A DNA stretch of 64,000 nt from an uncultured delta proteobacterium (GCA_963808235.1 CAWEEQ010000004.1:2656001-2720000), one strand, 5' to 3'. Positions 8,774 to 19,116 are shown, counted from the first letter of the stretch. The notes: generated from the letters alone by a model not told the origin. Numbers and translations: made by a program.

Positions 8774-8821
8774 GATGCCTTGCTGCGCGCGCCCGAGCTT
8801 GCGCAAATCCATGAGGCTTCG

Positions 8822-10078
8822 ATGTTGAACGCGGCGTACAATTTGCTCTGGTATCCGGCGCTACCCTTCGCGCTGCTCGCGGCGCATCCGGCGAATATGC
8901 GGGATTTTTCCGAGCGCATGGGTCGTGGAGAATTTCCAGAAGCAACCGGCGCTCCGCGAATCTGGATTCATGCGTCCTCGGTCGGCGAAATAGAAGCTAT
9001 CCGGCCAGTCGCGATGGGATTGCTGGAGCATTATCCGAGTGCGGTCCTTGCGATTACCACCATGACCGCAACGGGCCGCGATGCGGCGGAGCGTCGAATA
9101 CCCAAGGCGTCGGCATGGATGCTCGCGCCGTTCGACACGCCGTGGGCGGTTCGATCGTTTCTGGCGCGCTTTCGTCCGAAGGTACTGCTGATCACCGAGA
9201 CCGAAATCTGGCCCAACTACTTTCGCGAGGCGGCGCGATTCGGCGCACGGATTGCAGTTGTCAACGGCCGCATGTCCGAACGATCGATGCGCCGCTATTT
9301 GCTTGCGCGGAGCCTGTTCGAAAACGCACTTGGGCGCGCGAACCTGATCATGACGCAGAGCAGCGACGATGCGTACCGCTATGCCAAGTTCGAGCTCGCG
9401 ACGAAAATCATCGTGACCGGAAATACGAAAATCGCGGAGCAGGTGGATGAAGCCGCGATTCGACCCGAACTGCTCGCGTTTGCGCCCGAACGGCAAATTT
9501 TGGTTGCTGGCTCGACGGCGGCAGGCGAAGAACCCGTCGTCGTCGATGCATATCGAATACTGCGTACGCGTTTTACGAGTCTCGCGCTGGTGCTGGCGCC
9601 GCGTCATCTGGAACGCGTTGGTGAACTCGAAAAGATGCTGCAAGCCGATTCGTTGCGCTACGTGAAGGCGTCGAGCCTGGGTCGCGAAAATTCGATCGGG
9701 AGCGCCAACATTTTGCTGCTCGATACGATGGGCGAACTGCGCGCACTCTATCGCCGCGCAACCGTCGCTTTCGTCGGCGGCAGCCTTGTTCCTGGACGCG
9801 GCGGCCAGAGCCCCGTGGAACCCGCGATGGCGAGCGTCCCGGTCCTCACCGGTCCGCATCACAAGAACCAACGCGAGGTTGTGAACGCCCTGCTCGAGGC
9901 TGGCGGAGCCGCGGTGGTCAAGAATGCTCGCGACATCGCAAACGAATGCACGCGTTGGCTTGCTGACGACGCGGCGCGGCAGGACGCGGGCCGCAGCGCG
10001 CAGATCGCGATCTCCAAACGATCGGGCAGCGCGCGAATCTCCGTTGAACAGATCCAGGCGCTGATCGATCGTGGCTGA
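8822..10078 (+). CDS. waaA: 3-deoxy-D-manno-octulosonic acid transferase
   Basis: WIHASSVGE, ETEIWPN, NGRMS, APRHLER, DTMGEL, GGQSPVEPA motifs. Confidence 0.95.
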   Translation: MLNAAYNLLWYPALPFALLAAHPANMRDFSERMGRGEFPEATGAPRIWIHASSVGEIEAIRPVAMGLLEHYPSAVLAITTMTATGRDAAERRIPKASAWMLAPFDTPWAVRSFLARFRPKVLLITETEIWPNYFREAARFGARIAVVNGRMSERSMRRYLLARSLFENALGRANLIMTQSSDDAYRYAKFELATKIIVTGNTKIAEQVDEAAIRPELLAFAPERQILVAGSTAAGEEPVVVDAYRILRTRFTSLALVLAPRHLERVGELEKMLQADSLRYVKASSLGRENSIGSANILLLDTMGELRALYRRATVAFVGGSLVPGRGGQSPVEPAMASVPVLTGPHHKNQREVVNALLEAGGAAVVKNARDIANECTRWLADDAARQDAGRSAQIAISKRSGSARISVEQIQALIDRG

Positions 10079-10081
10079 TTG

Positions 10082-11203
10082 ATGGCGTCTCGCGAGCCAG
10101 GCCGAAATCGCCCGCGAATCGAACGGCTGTGGACGCGGAAGCTTCCCGCGCGCGACTTGCCCGGATGGCTTCCACTCGCCGCCGCGGCCGGACTCTACCG
10201 CTTTGGAATCAGCGTCCGACATCTATATTGGCGGTTGAACAAGCGCCGGGTGGACGTGATGACGATCAGCGTCGGCAACCTGACGGTCGGTGGCAACGGC
10301 AAGACTCCGTTCACGCTGTTTCTCGCCAACCGCTTGCAGAGCCATGGTCTGAAGGTTGCGATAGTGAGTCGCGGCTATAATCGTGCACCGTCGCGAGCGC
10401 TCGCATTGCTGGTTGCCGACGGCGGCACCTTGAAAGTCTCACCGGAAGAAGCGGGCGACGAACCGACGATGCTCGCAAAGTTGTTCAGCGGACCGATCGC
10501 AGTCGCGCGGCGCCGAATAGATGCGATCGAGTTGCTGACGCAACTAGGCCCGCTCGATGCAGTTATCCTCGACGATGGATTTCAGCACGAACGGTTGTAT
10601 CGCGATGTCGATCTGCTGCTGGTGAGCAGCCAGCGGGGATTTGGCAATGGCTGGATGCTTCCGGCCGGCCCGATGCGCGAGCCGATCGGCTCCGTGAGGC
10701 GCGCCGACGCGATCGTGATCGTAAATTTTGGCGATCAAGCATCGTCCTTGCGTCCGTCCGAAATCGCGAAACTCAGCTCGCGAAAGGTTCTCCGCGCTTC
10801 GATTCGTCCGCACTCCTTCCTCGCTATCGAGAACGGAGAATGGCGCGAAATCCCGCTCGGCCTTGCCGGACGGCGGGTGCTCGCGGTCAGCGGCCTCGCC
10901 GACGCGAGCGGTTTTTATGCGATGCTGCGCGATCTCGACGCGGACCTGGTCGGTGTTTTCGAGTATCCTGATCATCATGCCTACACCAGTGCAGATTGGC
11001 AGACTATTGTGAATGCGATGCGCGATGTGGACCTGGTCGTCACCACCGAGAAGGATCTAGTAAAGCTGGAACGGTTTCCGTTCGCGCGCGATTCGCTATA
11101 CGCTCTCAGGCTCGAAGTTACGATGGACCCGGCCGATGCGCTGGCGCTTGATGAATTGATACTGGGCGCCGCGAACAAGCGCGCTGCCGCGTCGCACGCA
11201 TAG
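10082..11203 (+). CDS. lpxK: Tetraacyldisaccharide 4'-kinase
   Basis: [41 protein letters not shown] motifs. Confidence 0.97.
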   Translation: MASREPGRNRPRIERLWTRKLPARDLPGWLPLAAAAGLYRFGISVRHLYWRLNKRRVDVMTISVGNLTVGGNGKTPFTLFLANRLQSHGLKVAIVSRGYNRAPSRALALLVADGGTLKVSPEEAGDEPTMLAKLFSGPIAVARRRIDAIELLTQLGPLDAVILDDGFQHERLYRDVDLLLVSSQRGFGNGWMLPAGPMREPIGSVRRADAIVIVNFGDQASSLRPSEIAKLSSRKVLRASIRPHSFLAIENGEWREIPLGLAGRRVLAVSGLADASGFYAMLRDLDADLVGVFEYPDHHAYTSADWQTIVNAMRDVDLVVTTEKDLVKLERFPFARDSLYALRLEVTMDPADALALDELILGAANKRAAASHA

Positions 11204-11237
11204 AAACTCCGGAGAAATCGATCGGAGGGTTTCCGCA

Positions 11238-11408
11238 ATGGCGCTGAATCAGGAACTGCTCGACATCCTCGCGTGCCCGAAGTGCAAGGGCGCCCTGCGA
11301 CTGAATCCGAAGCAGGACGGCCTGGTCTGCGATGCCTGCAAACTGGAATATCCGGTGCGCGACGATATTCCGATCATGCTGATCGAGGAAGCTAAGCCGA
11401 TTTCGTGA
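11238..11408 (+). CDS. ycaR: Trm112/YcaR family zinc-finger protein (56 aa; not in ORF track)
   Basis: Hand translation MALNQELLDILACPKCKGALRLNPKQDGLVCDACKLEYPVRDDIPIMLIEEAKPIS*; GGAGG RBS; usual position after lpxK. Confidence 0.93.
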   Translation: MALNQELLDILACPKCKGALRLNPKQDGLVCDACKLEYPVRDDIPIMLIEEAKPIS

Positions 11409-11451
11409 GCGCCGTTTCGCCGCTCGTCGCGCAGCCGTTACGCTCCGCCCA

Positions 11452-12696
11452 ATGAGAACCATCGACGAGGAGCGCGCGCGCCGGCTCGCGTGGCTCGCGA
11501 TGGGCCTTTACATCGCAGGACTTGGCATCTCGGCGACGCTGCGCAAGCAGGGCGATTTCAACGTCTACTATCGCACCGGTCATCGCGTGCTTCACGGCCT
11601 CGCGATCTATCCGCCTGACGATTCGGATCGATTTCTCTACGCGCCAATCTTTGCGATCGCTTTCGCGCCGCTGGCCGCGCTGCCGCGCCGTCTTGCGCAG
11701 TTCGTCTTCTTCACGATCAACGCCTACGCCCTGGTCGAGTTCGTACTCGGCGCGGGCGTGATCCTGTTTGGCCGCGTGCGACGATTGCCCGCGGCGCTGA
11801 TTGTGCTTCCCGTGCTTCTCGCATTTGTCTTCATCGACAACAACATCGAGCACGGTCAGATCAACCTGCCCACGCTCGCGCTGATTGTCTGGACGATCGT
11901 AGCCGCCGAGGAATCGCACGACCCATCGGCAGGCGGGATGCTCGCCGCCGCAATACTGATCAAACCATTTGCGGTTCTCGCCGCGCTTTACCTGTTGATC
12001 AGAGGCCGGTTTAAGGCGCTCGGATGGACCGTCGTCGCGGGAATCGCGCTGTTGGTGGCGCCGATCGTGTTTTTCGGGCCGCATCGATGGATCGATCAGA
12101 GCGCCGCCTACGTGACTGCGATGCTATCGATGACGAATCGATATCGAACCATGATCACCAACCAGTCGGCAGTGTCGGCGGTGGCGCGCGTGATGAGCCT
12201 GCAAATCGGCACGGACGCGGAAACATCGTCGATTCCTACGATTGTCGGAATGTCGCTCGAAATGATTCTCATCGCCGCGGTGCTTTTCTGGGACTCGCGC
12301 GCGCGCGAACGCGGGCCTTTGCGCGGCCGTCTCGCGCTGTGCGGACTCTTCTGTTTGATGCCCTCGTTCGCGCCGATTTCATGGAAGAGTTACTACGCCG
12401 CGATGCTGCTGCCATACATGGCACTGATCGCCGCCTTGTGGACGGATCGCGCTGACGGCGACCGCGCGCAACCCGCAGTGTGGACGTTGTTGGGGCTATC
12501 GATCGCACTCAATTACATTCCGGAACTTCATTGGAACCGATTCGCGCTATTTTACTCAGCGCATTTTGTTTCTTCGCTCCTCACGCTAGCCGCGCTGTTT
12601 GTCCTCTGGCTCAGAAGTGGCGAGATTGATCGCATGACCGCTACTATGAATTCCGCGGCCGAAATCGTTACTCATCGGCCCGCAGCCAACAGGTGA
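11452..12696 (+). CDS. GT87/DUF2029 family polytopic membrane glycosyltransferase
   Basis: GDFNVYY, FLYAP, GQIN, IKP, NQS motifs; many TM helices. Confidence 0.85.
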   Translation: MRTIDEERARRLAWLAMGLYIAGLGISATLRKQGDFNVYYRTGHRVLHGLAIYPPDDSDRFLYAPIFAIAFAPLAALPRRLAQFVFFTINAYALVEFVLGAGVILFGRVRRLPAALIVLPVLLAFVFIDNNIEHGQINLPTLALIVWTIVAAEESHDPSAGGMLAAAILIKPFAVLAALYLLIRGRFKALGWTVVAGIALLVAPIVFFGPHRWIDQSAAYVTAMLSMTNRYRTMITNQSAVSAVARVMSLQIGTDAETSSIPTIVGMSLEMILIAAVLFWDSRARERGPLRGRLALCGLFCLMPSFAPISWKSYYAAMLLPYMALIAALWTDRADGDRAQPAVWTLLGLSIALNYIPELHWNRFALFYSAHFVSSLLTLAALFVLWLRSGEIDRMTATMNSAAEIVTHRPAANR

Positions 12697-13437
12697 GACC
12701 TGCATCGCAAATTCAGTGGCGCGCCGATCCGAACTTCACCCGAATCAGGCTCGGACGCCGCGACATAATCTTGCATCGCGACGTTGCAGCGCTCGCGTCC
12801 GCGATTCTTCAGAGCCTCGGCACACTCGGCGCCGCGGGGGCATTGGGGGCGGGCAATCGGCAGAGCGCGTTTCGCATCAATATCGAGGGGGCGCCGGAGA
12901 TGTACGCGCGACGCTCGCGCCGCGGCGGCATCATTGCGTCGATACTCAACGATGTTTACCTGGGCATCAATCCACGTCCGCTGATTGAACTCGCGGTGAC
13001 GGTCGCCGCGATGAATCGCGGAGTTCCGGTCGCGGAGCCGATGGGCGCGATCGTCGAATGGATTGGTCCTGCGCTTTACCGCGGATTTTTTCTGACCCGC
13101 GCGATGCCGGGAATGACGCTCTGGGAATTCATTCAGACCGACGACGATCCGGTGGTGCGAAGTCACGTCCTCGAACAGGCTCGCGCCGCAATCGAAACGA
13201 TGCATCGCAAGGGCCTCTTGCACGCCGACCTCAACCTGCACAACCTGCTCGTGACCCAGGCCGGCGAGAGTTTCACCGTGATGATCCTCGACCTCGATAA
13301 GTCACGGCTATACGATTCTCCGCTGTCGCCTGCGATGCGCCGCACGAACCTCGCGCCTCGCGCGTTCCGCGCGCAAACTCGATCCCGCCCAAAAGTACCT
13401 GGACGCCGCCGCCTTCGCGATTCTGAACCTGGAGTGA
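12693..13437 (+). CDS. kdkA: Kdo kinase-like LPS kinase (KdkA/InaA family), apparent 2-nt frameshift near 13356
   Basis: RRGG, HADLNLHNLL and LDLDKS kinase motifs; the expected C-terminal NL(AR)LARSARK continues in another frame to TGA at 13437. Confidence 0.78.
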
Positions 13438-13642
13438 TCTCGGCTGCCTGGAACGCGTGACTGCCGATCAAAGTCAATGAAAGCGGCTTGCTTTAGACGT
13501 GGTGCGTTTGTATTGTCCGTCGCCTGGAACGATAAGACACTTCTTAACGACCCGCGGCCAGCAGCAGTCACCAAGACCGGAATGGTGATGTGCATCCGAG
13601 GAAAATGTTGGCCGGACTGAGCGAACTCAAATCGGTGAAAAA

Positions 13643-14896
13643 ATGCGCAAGAAAAACACGTCGCGGGCATTGAGGGCAAGCGGTTGGCTTACCTTGGCAC
13701 TTACCCTTGCCGTTGCGCTCGGGGCCGGCACTGTCCAGGCGTTACCCTTGATCAGTTGCAATAATGCGTCGCTCACTCCTCCGTTTGGGCCGATTACGAC
13801 CTACGACTTTAACGGCGGGGCCACCGTCGGCTCCTTCCTTCCAACAGGAGCCGATAACGGCCGGGGTCTCTTGGTCGTCGGCAACCTGGTCTACTATACA
13901 GATCTAGGCGCTCCCTTTGGCTTCGGGCCCCCGGCTTTCATCCACATCGCGCCGCTTAATGGCGGGGCTGGAGGCGCAGACATCGGGACGATACCTAACC
14001 CACGGCCTGCTGATGGCGTTCAGGATATCGCTATCTTCAACGGGGCGCTCTACGTCCTGACAGGCTATCCCAACGATCCGCCAGAAGTGTTCAAACTCAA
14101 TGCAACTACGGGGGCAGTAATTGGCGGTCCGATCTCGATTGCCGCGCCGGCCGCGATAGATTCTGATGGTTTCGCCGTACTAGCGAACGGCAACTTCTTT
14201 CTCAACAGTGGCGATGGGGACTGCAACTACAATCAATACAATCCCACGACGGGCGCCTTGATCGGCGGCACCACGATTGTGGTACCGGGCGCCTCCTTTT
14301 GCACGGGAGTGGATACCGATGGGGTATCGCTGTTCTTTGAAACCGACTTGGACAGCTTCACCCAAACGGATCTGGCCGGGAATCTCATCAGGCGCCAAGC
14401 TGTGGCCGCGAACCAATGTGAAGACATATCGCTAGACTTAGCCGCAACCTGCAACGCGGGCGTCACGATCTCCGGATCAATGGAGGGAAACCTGCCTGTT
14501 CACTCCGGCGACACTCTACGTGCCGGCTTTGATTTCAGTATCCCCGGCAATCATCCCGCCGATACCGTTACATTCTCGAACATAAACGTGTCCATGACGG
14601 TCCAGTGTCCGGATAAAACGTCGGTGACGCTGAATGTCCCCATGCCAAATCAGACCATCACTGACCCAGCTCACGACAACGACTGGCTACCGAGCGGAAA
14701 TCAAAGCAGCAATCTGGTTTACCAGGGTTCGATAACTGTTCCCCCAATTTGCGGCGGCGCAACCGGCCACGTACCCAAAGGCGCAACATTCACCGCCGTC
14801 CTGATGGGGTCTACAAATGACAGCGTCCACGTCCGCTTCCACTATAGCGACGCCACTTCCGGCTCGTGGAGCGGCACGCAGGGATACTGCCACTGA
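13643..14896 (+). CDS. Secreted two-domain protein (beta-propeller-like N-terminus plus Cys-containing beta-sandwich-like C-terminus), function unknown
   Basis: Signal peptide (..GTVQA), Gly/Thr/Asn-rich, about 8 Cys; codon usage looks different from the flanking genes. Confidence 0.75.
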   Translation: MRKKNTSRALRASGWLTLALTLAVALGAGTVQALPLISCNNASLTPPFGPITTYDFNGGATVGSFLPTGADNGRGLLVVGNLVYYTDLGAPFGFGPPAFIHIAPLNGGAGGADIGTIPNPRPADGVQDIAIFNGALYVLTGYPNDPPEVFKLNATTGAVIGGPISIAAPAAIDSDGFAVLANGNFFLNSGDGDCNYNQYNPTTGALIGGTTIVVPGASFCTGVDTDGVSLFFETDLDSFTQTDLAGNLIRRQAVAANQCEDISLDLAATCNAGVTISGSMEGNLPVHSGDTLRAGFDFSIPGNHPADTVTFSNINVSMTVQCPDKTSVTLNVPMPNQTITDPAHDNDWLPSGNQSSNLVYQGSITVPPICGGATGHVPKGATFTAVLMGSTNDSVHVRFHYSDATSGSWSGTQGYCH

Positions 14897-14912
14897 ACCC
14901 GGATGGTCTTTA

Positions 14913-14940
14913 GCGTAGCCGGTCGACGGACCGGCTACGC
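14913..14940. terminator. Perfect 12-bp hairpin between convergent genes
   Basis: GCGTAGCCGGTC-GACG-GACCGGCTACGC; U-tracts are weak. Confidence 0.6.
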
Positions 14941-14945
14941 GCCGT

Positions 14946-15344
14946 TTACTCAGATACAAGCGACATTCGCTTCGTCGCGATCGCGTCAATCTCGATTCGA
15001 GCCTTGCGCGGCAACGCCGCGACCTGGACCGTCGAGCGCGCCGGATACGGTGGCTCGAAATGCTCGCCGTAGATACGGTTGACCGTCTCGAACTCGCTGA
15101 GATCGACCATGAAGATCGTTGTCCGGATCACATCGACAAAATCCACGCCCGCGGCTGCCAGCACTTCGCCAAGATTCTGGAGCGCACGCCGCGTTTCGAA
15201 TTCGATTCCGCCTTCCACCAACGTCCCCGACAGCGGATCGAAACCAATCTGCCCCGAGCAGAAGATCATTCCGCGCTGTTCGACAGCCTGCGAGTACGGA
15301 CCGAGCGCAGCTGGCGCCTGTTTGGTATGAATCGCTGTCTTCAT
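14946..15344 (-). CDS. ridA: RidA/YjgF enamine deaminase
   Basis: APAALGPYSQAV, SGQI, PARSTVQVAALP..IEI motifs. Confidence 0.93.
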   Translation of the reverse strand: MKTAIHTKQAPAALGPYSQAVEQRGMIFCSGQIGFDPLSGTLVEGGIEFETRRALQNLGEVLAAAGVDFVDVIRTTIFMVDLSEFETVNRIYGEHFEPPYPARSTVQVAALPRKARIEIDAIATKRMSLVSE

Positions 15345-15362
15345 CGCATTGCGCGCAAACGA

Positions 15363-17576
15363 TCAGAAGCGATGGCCGTTTTGCTGGCCCAGGCGCGACA
15401 CTCTCATCACGCCGTCGATCGCGCCGATCGAGTTCATCAGGTTGTTCAACTGCCGCGCGCTGGTGACGCTGACTTCGAACACCGACAGCGCGCGTCCGTC
15501 CGCGCCTCGGGTCTTTACTTCCGCAGTCGAGATATTGACGCCAGCCGAAGCGATCGCCTTGGTCATCGCGGCGAGCAATCCCGGCTGATCGGCGCACAAG
15601 ACCTCGAGGCGGATCTGCCGTGGCGCTTCCTCCCCGTCTTTCCAAACCACCGGGACGCGTCGTTGCGGATCTGTATTGAGCGCATGCGGGCATCCCGCGA
15701 CATGGACCGTGACGCCGCGTCCGCGAGTAATGAACCCGGTGATCGCCTCACCCGGCAGCGGATTGCAGCATCGCGCGAATCGCACCAGCATGTCGCCGAC
15801 GCCGGACACAACCACCGCGCTGCTGGCCGACTTGCGCGCTTCCTTGGCGGCGCGCTCACGCTGCGCGGGCCCGAAAGCCGTGGGCGGCTTGTCCGGCCGG
15901 TAGATCTTTAATTCTTCCGGGGTCAGAACCTTCGCGAGCAATTGTGCCGGCGTGATTATTCCGTAGCCGATCGCGGCGAGCAGACTCTCGACGTCGCGCT
16001 GCGAAAATTCCGAAAGCACATTTTCGAGTCGTTTGCTCGATCGAAGCTGCCCAACGCTCAGCTTGAGCGGTTCCAGTTCTCGATCGACCAGAGATACCGC
16101 CAGATCGCGCGATCGTTCCGCCTGCTGATTGCGAAGCCACTGGCGGATGCGTGATTTTGCGCGCGCCGTGGCCGCAAAATTGGTCCAGTCCTTGCCCGGC
16201 ACCTGCTTTTCGGAAGTCAGCACTTCAACCGTGTCGCCCGAGCGAAGCCGGTAGCGCAGCGGAACCATCCGCCCGTTCACGCGCGCGCCGGCCAGATGGT
16301 TTCCAACTTCCGAGTGAATTCGATATGCGAAGTCGATCACCGTCGAGCCGAGTGGGAAATCGAAGACGTCGCCCTTGGGCGTGAAGACGAAAACTTCTTC
16401 GGGAAATAAATCGTCCTTGACTGTGGAGAGAAATTCCTGCGGGTCCTTGAGGTTCTGCTGCCACTCGATAAGCCTGCGCAGCCACGCGAACCGCTCCGTA
16501 TCCCTGAGTTCCTTGGAGTTGCCCTCCTTGTAACTCCAGTGCGCCGCGATTCCCTCTTCCGCCACCTTGTGCATTTCGCGGGTGCGGATTTGCACTTCCA
16601 TCCGCTGGCCGCGCGGCCCAATCACCGTGGTATGCAGCGACTGGTACATGTTGGCCTTGGGCAGCGCGATATAATCCTTGAAGCGCCCCGGCACCGGCTT
16701 CCAATTCGCATGCACTACGCCGAGCGCCTCGTAACATTCGCGGACCGTGTCGACGATGATACGGAACGCGACCAAGTCGTAGATTTCCTCGAAGCTGAGC
16801 CCCAGCTCCTGCATCTTGGTGTGGATCGAGTAGAAGTGTTTCGGACGGCCGGTGACTTCCGCCTTCACGCTGCTTTCGTCGAGGCGCCGGGAGAGAATCT
16901 CGATCACGCTCGCGATATATTCCTCGCGCTCCTTGCGTTTCTTCGCGACGAAAGCCTTGAGCGTGCCGTACGCGCTGGTGTTCAGATAGCGAAAAGAAAG
17001 ATCCTCGAGCTCGGACTTGAGCCAGTAGATGCCGAGGCGGTGGGCGATCGGCGCGTAGATTTCCATCGTCTCGCGCGCGATTTCCTGCTGCCGGTCCGCG
17101 TCCAGATGATCGAGAGTGCGCATGTTGTGCAGGCGATCGGCGAGCTTGATCAGCACCACCCGGATGTCATGCGCCATCGCGATGATCATCTTGCGGAAAT
17201 TCTCCGCCTGCTTTTCTTCGCGGCTCTGGAAAGTGATCTTCGAGACCTTGGTCACCCCGTCGACGAGTTGCGCAACCTCGGCGCCGAAGTCCGACTGCAC
17301 TTCGGCGAGCGACGCCTGGGTGTCTTCCACCACGTCGTGGAGCAGGCCGGTAACGATCGACGGTACGTCGAGTTTGAGCTGCGCGATGATCAGCGCGACG
17401 TTGAGCGGATGGATTACATACGGCTCGCCTGACTCGCGCTTCTGATCGACATGCATCCGCGCCGAATATTCGTAAGCGCGGCGAATAAGAGCGACGTCGG
17501 CCTGCGGGCTGTAACTCTGAACCCGCCCGATAAGGTCCGCGAGTTGATCGGGACTACTTTGAGCTAACTCTTCCAC
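15363..17576 (-). CDS. spoT: Bifunctional (p)ppGpp synthetase/hydrolase (long RSH)
   Basis: HD domain (LLHDVVEDT), synthetase (YQSLHT, EVQIRT), TGS, CC and ACT domains. Confidence 0.95.
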   Translation of the reverse strand: MEELAQSSPDQLADLIGRVQSYSPQADVALIRRAYEYSARMHVDQKRESGEPYVIHPLNVALIIAQLKLDVPSIVTGLLHDVVEDTQASLAEVQSDFGAEVAQLVDGVTKVSKITFQSREEKQAENFRKMIIAMAHDIRVVLIKLADRLHNMRTLDHLDADRQQEIARETMEIYAPIAHRLGIYWLKSELEDLSFRYLNTSAYGTLKAFVAKKRKEREEYIASVIEILSRRLDESSVKAEVTGRPKHFYSIHTKMQELGLSFEEIYDLVAFRIIVDTVRECYEALGVVHANWKPVPGRFKDYIALPKANMYQSLHTTVIGPRGQRMEVQIRTREMHKVAEEGIAAHWSYKEGNSKELRDTERFAWLRRLIEWQQNLKDPQEFLSTVKDDLFPEEVFVFTPKGDVFDFPLGSTVIDFAYRIHSEVGNHLAGARVNGRMVPLRYRLRSGDTVEVLTSEKQVPGKDWTNFAATARAKSRIRQWLRNQQAERSRDLAVSLVDRELEPLKLSVGQLRSSKRLENVLSEFSQRDVESLLAAIGYGIITPAQLLAKVLTPEELKIYRPDKPPTAFGPAQRERAAKEARKSASSAVVVSGVGDMLVRFARCCNPLPGEAITGFITRGRGVTVHVAGCPHALNTDPQRRVPVVWKDGEEAPRQIRLEVLCADQPGLLAAMTKAIASAGVNISTAEVKTRGADGRALSVFEVSVTSARQLNNLMNSIGAIDGVMRVSRLGQQNGHRF

Positions 17577-18193
17577 GGCGCGAAATCGGCCCGCAAGCGG
17601 CCGACCCTGAGCCTCTCCGCGTTCACGATCGCCTGCAGGCGCGCGATCGAATCATTCACTTTGGAGTTGATTATCAGGTAGTCGTATTCCGGAAATGCCT
17701 CCGCTTCGCTGCGCGCCTTCAGAAGGCGATGCTGGATCTTCGATTCTTCCTCAGTGCCGCGCTTACGTAGCCGCCCTTCCAGTTCGGCGAAGCTCGGGGG
17801 AAGAACAAAGACCGCGACGGAGTCGTCGGGATAGATCGCGCGAATCTGGCGAGCGCCCTGGATATCGATATCGAGCAGGATGTCGTGGCCGACCGCAACT
17901 GCGGCGTCGAGCGGAGCGCGCGGGGTGCCATACGAAGACTCAAACACACGCGCCCATTCCGCAAGTTCGCCGGAAGATTGCCTGCGTCTGAACTCGTCTT
18001 CACTCACAAAGCGATAATCGATTCCTTCTGCCTCTCCCTCTCGAGGCGTGCGAGTGGTCAGCGATACCGAGAACTCGAGGTCCGCAATTGCCTTGAGCGC
18101 CTCACGATAAATCGTAGTCTTGCCAGCACCCGAAGGCGCCGAAAGGATGAAGATTATACCGCGTCTCGGCGGCGGGGAGTCATCTGATCTCAA
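17564..18193 (-). CDS. gmk: Guanylate kinase
   Basis: SAPSGAGKTT, TTRTPR, YGT, IDIQGA, LPPS motifs. Confidence 0.97.
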   Translation of the reverse strand: MRSDDSPPPRRGIIFILSAPSGAGKTTIYREALKAIADLEFSVSLTTRTPREGEAEGIDYRFVSEDEFRRRQSSGELAEWARVFESSYGTPRAPLDAAVAVGHDILLDIDIQGARQIRAIYPDDSVAVFVLPPSFAELEGRLRKRGTEEESKIQHRLLKARSEAEAFPEYDYLIINSKVNDSIARLQAIVNAERLRVGRLRADFAPWKS

Positions 18194-18240
18194 GAATATC
18201 TAACCCGTCCCATAGGTGCAAATGACGTTTAATACTATGC

Positions 18241-19116
18241 CTATTCGACGTTTTGCACCTGCTCCCGCATCTTTTCCGCTTCCGCCTTAACTTCAACCGT
18301 TACTTGAGAAAGTGCCGCGTTCTGCGACTTCGAGCCCATCGTGTTCACTTCGCGGTTAATTTCCTGGAGTAGAAACTCGATCGATTTCCCGACCTGCCCT
18401 TTGCGTTTCAACAGCGACTTGAGGCCCTCCAGATGGGTGCGAAGGCGCGTGATCTCCTCGCTGATATCGCCATGCTGCGAGGCCGATGACGCTTCCTCGT
18501 AGAGCTTCTTCTCGTTGACGGGCAGGTCCGCGAGCAGTTCGCGAACGCGTTTGTGAAAGTTCTCCATTATCTCGGCGCGGGACTGTTCGGCGAGCTGCTC
18601 GATCTTCGGCACCATGGTCTCGATACTACGCATCCGGGTCGCAAAGTCGTTGTGCAGGCTGCGGCCCTCACGCTGGCGCTCGGCGTCGAGCGCCTTCAGC
18701 GCGCGAGAGAGCGCTTTTTGGCCGAGCGCAAACGCCGCGCGCGAGTCATGTTCTTCCTCGATCACGTGGAAAATTTCGGGACGGCTCAATATCGAACCGA
18801 TTTCCGGATTGCCATTGAGATGGAGCTGCTTGCCGAGCCGGCGCAGTTCCGCGACGTAGAGGTTTGCGAGCCGATCGTTCACCTCCAGGCGCACCGGCGG
18901 CGGCTTTATCGCAACTGATTTGATAAACACCTCGACGCGGCCACGCGCGACTACGTTCTGCACGGATTTGCGGATCTCCGCTTCGTGCTCGCCCCATCCG
19001 CGCGGCACCGCGAGCTTGAGTTCGAAAAAGCGCTGATTGAGCGCGCGCACTTCGGCGGTCACGCGGGTGCCGTTATGCTCGGCAATCGCTCTGCCGAAGC
19101 CGGTCATGCTTTTCAT
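18241..19116 (-). CDS. yicC: YicC/YloC family endoribonuclease
   Basis: MKSMTGFG start, RGRVE, EEITRL, QEINREVNTMGSK, REQVQNVE end. Confidence 0.95.
   Translation of the reverse strand: MKSMTGFGRAIAEHNGTRVTAEVRALNQRFFELKLAVPRGWGEHEAEIRKSVQNVVARGRVEVFIKSVAIKPPPVRLEVNDRLANLYVAELRRLGKQLHLNGNPEIGSILSRPEIFHVIEEEHDSRAAFALGQKALSRALKALDAERQREGRSLHNDFATRMRSIETMVPKIEQLAEQSRAEIMENFHKRVRELLADLPVNEKKLYEEASSASQHGDISEEITRLRTHLEGLKSLLKRKGQVGKSIEFLLQEINREVNTMGSKSQNAALSQVTVEVKAEAEKMREQVQNVE

Noticed and set aside
8861-10222. 453-aa antisense ORF
   Set aside because: Shadow of waaA in high-GC DNA; Arg-rich with no motifs
13460-13642. Possible riboswitch upstream of the secreted protein
   Set aside because: No recognisable c-di-GMP, SAM, TPP or cobalamin core motifs by eye; an Rfam search would be needed
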